A stretch of DNA of 58,940 bases from Patescibacteria group bacterium (GTDB lineage Bacteria > Patescibacteriota > Minisyncoccia > UBA9983): positions 1 to 58,940 of the forward strand of contig JAHIOX010000027.1 of assembly GCA_018895015.1 (NCBI GenBank), in the 5' to 3' direction. The notes beneath the pieces were generated by a model. That model ran no database searches, was not told the origin of the DNA, and was given only the letters and a program-made list of their open reading frames with translations. The position numbers were made by a program, and so were the translations under genes. This document shows positions 47,771-54,748 of the stretch, piece by piece. Within the stretch, counting starts at the first letter, position 1. The number at the start of each line of letters is the position of its first letter.

Positions 47771-48363
47771 TAAAATACGCAAGAGGGTTTACAATAATTG
47801 AAACGATCGTGACTATCGTCATATTTACTATGATGATAGCGGTAGTTTCGTTTTCAATCGCGTATTTTTATCGCGCCAATAGTTATGTGATTGAGCAATC
47901 ATACGCCATTAACAGCGCGAGATTGGGAATTGAAACAATGGTTCGGGAAATTCGCGAAGCCACTTATTCCGACACGGGCGCTTATCCGGTCGTTGCGGTA
48001 AGCGAGACTTCGTTTGAATTTTACAGCGATATTGATCGCGACAACAACATAGAAAAAATAAGGTATTTTTTGGACGGCAATAATTTTAAAAAAGGGGAAA
48101 TTCAGGCAACCGGCAATCCGCCGGTATACCAGCCAGGCGATGAGACAATAAATATTTTGTCAGAATATGTTCGCAACACGGCGGTTCAATCGGTTTTTAT
48201 GTATTACGACGAAAGCGGGGCTGAAATTTCCGATTTTACTAACGTAGCCGATATTTCTTTAATTAAAGTTCATTTAATTGTTAACGCCATTGAGGGGCGG
48301 GCGCCGGATGAGTTCACGCTTTATTCATTTGCGCAGTTAAGAAATTTAAAAAGTAATTTATGA
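47767..48363 (+). CDS. Minor pilin (PilW/PulJ-like)
   Basis: RG/FTIIE prepilin site. Confidence 0.85.
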   Translation: MIKYARGFTIIETIVTIVIFTMMIAVVSFSIAYFYRANSYVIEQSYAINSARLGIETMVREIREATYSDTGAYPVVAVSETSFEFYSDIDRDNNIEKIRYFLDGNNFKKGEIQATGNPPVYQPGDETINILSEYVRNTAVQSVFMYYDESGAEISDFTNVADISLIKVHLIVNAIEGRAPDEFTLYSFAQLRNLKSNL

Positions 48364-49721
48364 CAAGCGATTTTGTGATAAAAAATAAAAAAGGGACAAT
48401 TACTTTACTGGTGCTTGTTTTTAGCAGCATTATGATACTTTTATTCGGAGGCATGGTCGGTTTTATTTTTGTCCAGCACCGCGCGCAGGTTAAAAAAATC
48501 GACAAAGAAAAATCTCTTCAAATCGCGGAGGCCGGCTTGGATTATTACAAGTGGTTTTTATCCCATTATCCCGGCGACCTTCAGGATGGAACCGGTCTTC
48601 CCGGCCCTTACGAGCATGAATATTATGACCCGGAGGGCGGAGCAATCGGCAAATTCTCATTGGAAGTTACGGCTTTGAGCCAATGCGGAACAATTAGCTC
48701 AATAAATATTATTTCTACCGGATGGACTTATGATAGTCCAAATATTAAGAAAACGCTTATAGGGCGATATGCGAGACCATCTTTGGCCAAATACGTTTTT
48801 GTTAGCGATACCAATGTTTGGTGGGGAGTGGGTGAGACATTGAATGGTATTTCGCATAACAACGGCGGCATTCATATGGATGGAGAACATAATTCTTTGG
48901 TAACAAGCGCAAAAACCACTTGGAATTGCACTTCTGCTTTTGGCTGTAGCGGTACTCAAGTGAAGCCTGGCATTTTTGGAAACGGCGGCAACCCGGTATT
49001 GTGGCAATTCCCGGTAGAGCCGATTGATTTTGTAGGAATATCCGCCAACCTTCTCCAGATGAAAAACGCGGCGCAATCGTTTGGAATATATCTGCCGAAA
49101 TCAACCGCTATTAAACCTTCTGGCAAGGGGTATTATGTGCATTTTAAGAATGATGGCACTTTTGATGTGGACATAGTAACTAATGTAAATGGTAAAACTA
49201 TACAGAATAAAATTTTTCATCAAACTTATACATTGCCGGCTTCTTGCGGCCTTGTGTTTTTTGAAGACAATGTCTGGGTTGACGGAATAGTAAAAGGCAA
49301 GCAAACAGTAGTTTCTGCAAATCTTATTGATGCTGGCGTAGATACAGATGTGGTTTTGCACGATAGCATAGAATATACAACCAAAGACGGGTCAGACGGG
49401 TTACTGCTTATTGCCGAAAAAAATATGGTTATTCCTAGCTATTCCCCGGATATTCTTAAAATGGAAGGAATCTATGTGGCTCAAACGGGCCAATTTTATC
49501 GCCCCTTTTATAATAGTAACGTGAGAAGCAAAATAGAAATATATGGGTCAATAATTTCTAAAGGCCAGGAGATAACGACATGGTGGGGTGGGAGCGGGGT
49601 TGTTTCCGGGTACATAACCACTGAACGAATGTCAGACAGTAAATTAATGTATAATCCGCCGCCAATGACACCTTACGCCGATGATGAATATATGTTTATT
49701 AAATGGGAAGAAGAAAATTGA
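48360..49721 (+). CDS. PilX/PulK-like minor pilin
   Basis: KG/TITLLVL without E5; IAEAGLDYY. Confidence 0.75.
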   Translation: MTSDFVIKNKKGTITLLVLVFSSIMILLFGGMVGFIFVQHRAQVKKIDKEKSLQIAEAGLDYYKWFLSHYPGDLQDGTGLPGPYEHEYYDPEGGAIGKFSLEVTALSQCGTISSINIISTGWTYDSPNIKKTLIGRYARPSLAKYVFVSDTNVWWGVGETLNGISHNNGGIHMDGEHNSLVTSAKTTWNCTSAFGCSGTQVKPGIFGNGGNPVLWQFPVEPIDFVGISANLLQMKNAAQSFGIYLPKSTAIKPSGKGYYVHFKNDGTFDVDIVTNVNGKTIQNKIFHQTYTLPASCGLVFFEDNVWVDGIVKGKQTVVSANLIDAGVDTDVVLHDSIEYTTKDGSDGLLLIAEKNMVIPSYSPDILKMEGIYVAQTGQFYRPFYNSNVRSKIEIYGSIISKGQEITTWWGGSGVVSGYITTERMSDSKLMYNPPPMTPYADDEYMFIKWEEEN

Positions 49722-50563
49722 TGAAAAAAATAATTATAGCGAATTGGAAAATGAACCCGTTGTCGCTTAAGGAAGCGAAGCGGATTTTTAATGAGATTAA
49801 GCGAACCGCGCGCAAAATGCTGAAAGTGGAAACTGTTGTTTGCCCGCCTTTTGTGTATTTGCAAGCCCTGCGAAGGACGGTCCTTCGCAGGGCTGCGAAG
49901 GACGGTCCTTCGCTTTCGCTTGGAGCGCAGGATGTTTTTTGTGAAAATCCGCCAAAAGTGGAAGGCGGAGGCGCTCACACCGGAGAAATTTCAGCAAAAA
50001 TGCTTAAGAATTTGGGCGTAAAATATGTTATTGTCGGTCATTCAGAGCGACGGGATCCGCCAACCGGCCTGCCTGCGCAGGCAGGCGGAGGAGAGACAAA
50101 TGAAATTATTAACAAGAAAATAAAAGCTGTTTTGGGCGCTGGGATGAAAGTGATTTTTTGCGTCGGCGAAAAAGAGAGAGATGAAGAAGGGGAATATTTG
50201 CGTTTTATAAAAGATGAAATTAACGAAGGATTAAAAGGCGTTCAAAAAAATTTTTTTAATCCGCCGGCTGGCGGACTGATTTTCGCGTATGAGCCGATAT
50301 GGGCAATCAGCTCAAACAAGGGAGCGCATGTCGATAATCCGGAGTCTGCCTTAAGAATAGCTATTTTTATAAGACGGACTATTATGGAAATCGCGGACGG
50401 GCAGATAGCGCGTTCGGTCCCGATTCTTTACGGCGGCTCAATATGCCCGCAAAACGCCGAAGCTTTTTTAAAAGACGGCGGAATGCAGGGATTGCTGGTT
50501 GGCCACGAAAGTTTAAATCCCAAGCATTTTAACGAAATTTTAAAAATAGCAAACCAGATTTAA
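49721..50563 (+). CDS. tpiA: Triosephosphate isomerase with several in-frame insertions
   Basis: IANWKMN, HTGEISA, VGHSERR, AYEPIWAI, LYGGS, GLLVG; 280 aa. Confidence 0.95.
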   Translation: MKKIIIANWKMNPLSLKEAKRIFNEIKRTARKMLKVETVVCPPFVYLQALRRTVLRRAAKDGPSLSLGAQDVFCENPPKVEGGGAHTGEISAKMLKNLGVKYVIVGHSERRDPPTGLPAQAGGGETNEIINKKIKAVLGAGMKVIFCVGEKERDEEGEYLRFIKDEINEGLKGVQKNFFNPPAGGLIFAYEPIWAISSNKGAHVDNPESALRIAIFIRRTIMEIADGQIARSVPILYGGSICPQNAEAFLKDGGMQGLLVGHESLNPKHFNEILKIANQI

Positions 50564-50585
50564 AAAACTATTCTAAATTATTATT

Positions 50586-51668
50586 ATGTTGCCAAGCGTT
50601 AAAAATGCGAATGTGAAAGGGAAGAGAGTGATTTTACGCGTTGATTTTAACGTGCCTGTTGAAAAAAATTCCGTGGAAGGTGCGTATAGGATTGAGAAAA
50701 CATTGCCCACAATTGAATTTCTGCGTAAAAAAGGCGCGAAAATAATTTTAATCAGCCATATTACAACCGGCCGCGCTAACGGGTTAGCGCCGGTAGCGGA
50801 TTATTTAGGCAGATACTTCGCGTTGAAATTTATTGATGATAAAAATTTTGATTTGATATCGGAAAAAATTGGAAAAATGAAAAATGGAGATATTGTTTTG
50901 CTGGAAAATATCAGAAGTTACGAAGGGGAAGAAAAAAACGATAAAATTTTCGCGAAGCGGCTGGCATCGCTGGGAGATATTTATGTGAATGACGCTTTCA
51001 GCGCTTCGCATCGGAGCCACGCGTCAATTGTGGGAGTAACAGATTTTCTGCCGTCTTTTGCGGGGATGCTTTTTGAGAATGAGTTCGAGAATTTAAAAAG
51101 CGCTTTTAATCCAGGCCACCCGTTTTTGCTTATTTTGGGTGGCATAAAATTTGAGAGCAAGCTGGGAGTTTTGGAAAAATTTTTGAAAATTGCGGACAGA
51201 ATTTTTATTGGCGGTGGTTTGGCGAACAATTTTTTTAAGGCGCGCGGGTCGGATGTCGGGCGGTCTGTCGTTGACATAAGGGTGAATGTTGAAAAATTTT
51301 TAAAAAACCATAAAATTATTTTGCCTGTTGATATAAAAGAGGAAGACGGAATGATTTTGGACGCAGGAGACGAAACAATAAAGATTCTCTCGGAGATAAT
51401 AAAATATTCAAAATTTATTTTATGGAACGGCCCGATTGGGGATTTTGAAAAAAGTGGTTTTGAAAAGGGGACAGAGGAAATTGCGAAAGCAATCGCCGAG
51501 TCAAACGCCGTGTCAATAATCGGCGGCGGAGATACCGTAGCGGCCATTGGCAAGCTTGGCATTCTTGATAGATTCTCGTTTGTTTCAACCGCCGGAGGCG
51601 CGATGCTGGAATTTCTCGCCAAAGGCACCTTGTCTGGCATTGAGGCGTTAGAGAAATCCAAGAAATAA
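50586..51668 (+). CDS. pgk: Phosphoglycerate kinase
   Basis: RVDFNVP, LLENIR, NDAFSASHR, WNGPIG, GGGDT, STAGGA. Confidence 0.96.
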   Translation: MLPSVKNANVKGKRVILRVDFNVPVEKNSVEGAYRIEKTLPTIEFLRKKGAKIILISHITTGRANGLAPVADYLGRYFALKFIDDKNFDLISEKIGKMKNGDIVLLENIRSYEGEEKNDKIFAKRLASLGDIYVNDAFSASHRSHASIVGVTDFLPSFAGMLFENEFENLKSAFNPGHPFLLILGGIKFESKLGVLEKFLKIADRIFIGGGLANNFFKARGSDVGRSVVDIRVNVEKFLKNHKIILPVDIKEEDGMILDAGDETIKILSEIIKYSKFILWNGPIGDFEKSGFEKGTEEIAKAIAESNAVSIIGGGDTVAAIGKLGILDRFSFVSTAGGAMLEFLAKGTLSGIEALEKSKK

Positions 51669-51672
51669 ATTT

Positions 51673-52077
51673 TTACAAAAACCCTTTGATTTTTTCGGCG
51701 GTTTGAGCGGACTCGTCTTTTGGATAGGGTTTGCCGCGCCAGTGGATATGGCTGTCGTTTGAAAAGCGGGGCATTATGTGAAAATGCGCGTGAAAAACCA
51801 GCTGGCCGGCAGGGCGCTCATTATTCATTCCGATATTTATTCCTTCGGCATCAACGCCTTTTTTAATCGCAATTGCCAGTTTTTTAATTATTGGCGCGAG
51901 TTTGATTAAAATTTCATCCGGCAATTCGTAAAGATTTTCATAATGTTGTTTTGGAATTAAAAGAGTATGTCCAGGATTTATCGGCGTAATATCCAAAAAA
52001 GCGAAGCAATTCTCGTCCTCGTAAATTTTATCGCACGGAATTTCTCCTTTTGTTATTTTGCAAAAAATGCAATCCAT
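51673..52077 (-). CDS. HIT-family hydrolase
   Basis: MDCIFCKI, LDITPINPGHTL, HAHFHIMPR triad; start moved to ATG 52077. Confidence 0.95.
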   Translation of the reverse strand: MDCIFCKITKGEIPCDKIYEDENCFAFLDITPINPGHTLLIPKQHYENLYELPDEILIKLAPIIKKLAIAIKKGVDAEGINIGMNNERPAGQLVFHAHFHIMPRFSNDSHIHWRGKPYPKDESAQTAEKIKGFL

Positions 52078-52083
52078 AAAATT

Positions 52084-52111
52084 AAATCCGAAATCCAAAG
52101 CACGAAATCCG
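52084..52111 (+). repeat. Degenerate 7-nt tandem repeat upstream of HIT and the DGR
   Basis: AAATCCG AAATCCA AAGCACG AAATCCG. Confidence 0.6.
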
Positions 52112-52161
52112 AAACAAATTCTAATATTTAAATTCTAAGTTTTTTAAAGAACTCCGCAACC

Positions 52162-52247
52162 TTGACAGACTGTTTGTTTTGTGTATAATTAAAATAGAAT
52201 TCTTTAAAAAACCTTATTTAAAGGGCAAATATCACAATTAAGGAGGT
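52162..52247 (+). promoter_or_regulatory. Consensus promoter and Shine-Dalgarno of the DGR target gene
   Basis: TTGACA 52162-52167, 16 nt, TATAAT 52184-52189; AAGGAGGT 52240-52247, 5 nt before ATG. Confidence 0.8.
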
Positions 52248-52252
52248 TTGTC

Positions 52253-52912
52253 ATGGCTAAAAAAGTCGCAGGCGAATTATATGAAAGTATCACTGGTCAG
52301 TTGTTTGAAATCGGTCGCCAGTTAAGGCAACCGAAGGGGTATCCTTTTGATCCAGGGGTTTTACAGAAATACCTTCAAAATGCAATTGAAGGAAGATTCA
52401 ATCAAGTTATTAAAGTTGTTACTCCTGATGATAAAATTCTTGAGTTCGTGAGTACTGTTACTGTTTCAGCGACAACTAAAAAATTTGTTGTCCGGGATTA
52501 TGTCCAGAAACTACGAAAAACAAAAAATGTATATGCTAGTAGCAATTTCGAGAAATTGTTTTTTGATAAAACCGTAGAGCCAATTTCCGAGCAAGAACTC
52601 AATTATCACAAATTGACCAAAAACTCAGTGGATGGACCCATTATTGATGAGCTCGGTGGCGAAGCCAAAGTTGAAACCACTTTGGCTGAAATGTTTAGCC
52701 TCATAGCACTGCAGCCAAATGGCGAGGATGGGGTATCGCTTACTAATGGATACGCGAATGTCTTCTATATTCGCGACGTGGTTGGCGTGCTTCGTGCGGT
52801 CTGCTGCTACTGGCACGATGTCGGCTGGAACCTGAGCGCCTTCTCGGTTGAGCTTCCGTATGCGTGGTACGATGGCCGCCAGGTCTTCTCCCGCAATTCC
52901 TGTGAATCTTAG
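52253..52912 (+). CDS. DGR target protein with C-terminal variable region (CLec-like fold expected)
   Basis: 219 aa; 3' end contains VR and ends GRQVFSRNSCES. Confidence 0.92.
   Translation: MAKKVAGELYESITGQLFEIGRQLRQPKGYPFDPGVLQKYLQNAIEGRFNQVIKVVTPDDKILEFVSTVTVSATTKKFVVRDYVQKLRKTKNVYASSNFEKLFFDKTVEPISEQELNYHKLTKNSVDGPIIDELGGEAKVETTLAEMFSLIALQPNGEDGVSLTNGYANVFYIRDVVGVLRAVCCYWHDVGWNLSAFSVELPYAWYDGRQVFSRNSCES
52779..52903 (+). repeat. DGR variable repeat (VR)
   Basis: 125-nt ungapped match to 53236-53360; 14 mismatches, 13 opposite TR adenines. Confidence 0.95.
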
Positions 52913-52936
52913 GTCTTTAGTTCTTTTTTGACACTT

Positions 52937-52972
52937 AGACCCTTGGAAACTTTTCAAAGTTTCCAAGGGTCT
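52937..52972 (+). terminator. 16-bp perfect hairpin after VR (DGR cruciform and/or terminator)
   Basis: AGACCCTTGGAAACTT-ttca-AAGTTTCCAAGGGTCT followed by a T-tract. Confidence 0.8.
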
Positions 52973-53235
52973 TTTTTTATTTAAAATTTTTTGATAAAAT
53001 AAACTTGAAAGCATGCATACGCAACGGTTACGACTTTTGCGTCATGCTTTTAAGATATTTTTGCGAGAATCGCGCCGGTCAAGACTTGCGCGAGAGTGTA
53101 AAAATTTTCTTTCAAAAATACAGGAATTGGTGCAAAAAGCTGGCGGATTTCTAGATCCCAAATAAGATTCAACTCCGAGAGTTCGCCAATCGTCGAATCA
53201 AGGAGTGGTGGCACAGATGGTTTTTTGCACGAGAA

Positions 53236-53360
53236 TGGTTGGCGTGCTTCGTGCGGTCTGCTGCAACTGGAACGATGACGGCTGGAACCTGAACGCCAAC
53301 TCGGTTGAGAATCCGAATGCGTGGAACGATGGCAACCAGGTCTTCTCCCGAAACTCCTGT
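53236..53360 (+). ncRNA. DGR template repeat (TR)
   Basis: 26 adenines including 10 AAC/AAT codons in the VR frame; first 29 nt contain no A. Confidence 0.93.
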
Positions 53361-53376
53361 ATTGTATTTCTCCCGT

Positions 53377-53691
53377 TTAATTAGCGAGAGTTTTATTTTT
53401 CAGTCCCTTTTTCCATCCGCCGAACATTTTACCGATTTCCTCCAGTTTTTCTGATATTGCAGCGTAATGTTTATGGGATATAAATTTTGTTTCCCATGAT
53501 ATATAAATTAGAAATTTTAAAGTATCAAGAGAAAGAATGCATTGAGAGATTTTTTCCATTTTCTTTTCTCTTTCTGTAAAATAGGCAATATATGAAAATT
53601 CCAACAAATCAAGGAATTTATTTTCAATTCTGGCGCCGATAGTAAATCGGCTGCTTCTAGGAATATGATGGACCACACTAATCCATATCAA
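53377..53691 (-). CDS. avd: Avd-like four-helix-bundle accessory protein (N-terminus appears frame-disrupted)
   Basis: RFTIGARIENKFLDLL and EIGKMFGGW motifs; frame stays open upstream (NSASILQRIKEGY) with no in-frame start. Confidence 0.85.
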   Translation of the reverse strand: MIWISVVHHIPRSSRFTIGARIENKFLDLLEFSYIAYFTEREKKMEKISQCILSLDTLKFLIYISWETKFISHKHYAAISEKLEEIGKMFGGWKKGLKNKTLAN

Positions 53692-53701
53692 ATATCCCTC
53701 T

Positions 53702-54730
53702 TTGATTCTTTGGAGAATAGACGCGCTATTACGAGAGAGAGAGAGAGTAAAACGGCTTTGTCATATCTATAATGATATCATATCCGTTGAGAATCTGCTC
53801 GTTTCTTGGCAAGAATTTTTAAGAGGAAAAAGAAAACGGAAAGATATCGCGGAATTTTCTCTGCATTTTATGGATAACATTATTGCGCTCCAAAAAGAAC
53901 TTTTGAATAAAACATATAAACATGGCGAATATCAGGCATTTAAAATAAACGATCCCAGACCAAGAAATATTCATAAAGCCAGCGTGCGAGACAGATTAGT
54001 TCACCATGCCATTTACAGAATTTTATATCCGTTTTTTGACAAAAAATTCGTATCAGATTCTTTTTCTTGCAGGTTAGACAAAGGCACGCACAAAGCAATA
54101 AACAGATTTAGGAAATTTTATTACAAAGTCAGTAAAAACAGCACAAAAACTTGCTGGATTCTGAAATGCGACATCAGAAAGTTTTTTGCCAACATCAATC
54201 ACGGAATACTGAAAAATATTTTAGCAGAATATATTGGCGATAAAGATACCCTTTGGCTTCTGGGACAAGTGATAGATAGTTTTCGCACTGAAAACAAAAT
54301 TGGCGTCGGACTTCCACTTGGCAACCTAACTTCTCAATTATTTGTGAATATCTATATGAATGAGTTTGACCAGTTTGTTAAGTATAAACTAAAAGCCAAA
54401 TATTACATCAGATACTGCGATGATTTCGTTATTCTTTCGGAAGATAAAAGATATCTGCAAAATATCATTCCGTTTATCAGAGAGTTTTTGGACAGAGAAC
54501 TGAAACTTGAATTGCATCCTGATAAGGTTTCAATAAAAACTATGGCATCCGGAGTTGATTTTCTTGGCTGGATCAATTTTACCGACCACAGGATTTTGCG
54601 GACAACTACAAAAAGAAGAATGATTAAAAGAATAAAAATAAATAATTCTATAGAAACGATTAATTCATATCTAGGATTATTGGGTCACGGGAATACGAAT
54701 AAATTAAAGAAAGAAATTTTATTTTGTTAG
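53702..54730 (+). CDS. DGR reverse transcriptase
   Basis: RDRLVHHA, LKCDIRKFF, GLPLGNLTSQ, YIRYCDDF, GVDFLG; no maturase, endonuclease or RNase H domain; start uncertain. Confidence 0.94.
   Translation: MILWRIDALLRERERVKRLCHIYNDIISVENLLVSWQEFLRGKRKRKDIAEFSLHFMDNIIALQKELLNKTYKHGEYQAFKINDPRPRNIHKASVRDRLVHHAIYRILYPFFDKKFVSDSFSCRLDKGTHKAINRFRKFYYKVSKNSTKTCWILKCDIRKFFANINHGILKNILAEYIGDKDTLWLLGQVIDSFRTENKIGVGLPLGNLTSQLFVNIYMNEFDQFVKYKLKAKYYIRYCDDFVILSEDKRYLQNIIPFIREFLDRELKLELHPDKVSIKTMASGVDFLGWINFTDHRILRTTTKRRMIKRIKINNSIETINSYLGLLGHGNTNKLKKEILFC
53733..53747. repeat. (GA)7G simple-sequence tract at the avd/RT 5' overlap
   Basis: GAGAGAGAGAGAGAG read directly. Confidence 0.9.
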
Positions 54731-54748
54731 TGTTATAATTAATTTATT

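Larger units (their letters stand above)
52253..54730 (+). mobile_element. Diversity-generating retroelement (target/VR, hairpin, TR, antisense avd, RT)
   Basis: All canonical components within 2.5 kb; adenine-specific TR/VR differences. Confidence 0.96.

Noticed and set aside
2498-52098. Long N-terminal extensions in track ORFs for dnaA, gpmI, HU, ppaC, nusA, tpiA, HIT and 29441
   Set aside because: They overlap neighbours or promoters; a downstream ATG coincides with the start of family similarity
52779-53360. The 125-nt repeat as a plain duplication, CRISPR unit or second target gene
   Set aside because: Only two copies; mismatches are adenine-specific; next to avd and RT; no spacers or cas genes
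53702-54730. RT as a group II intron, retron or Abi RT
   Set aside because: 342 aa without maturase or endonuclease; GNLTSQ rather than PQG-type motif; TR/VR and avd explain it
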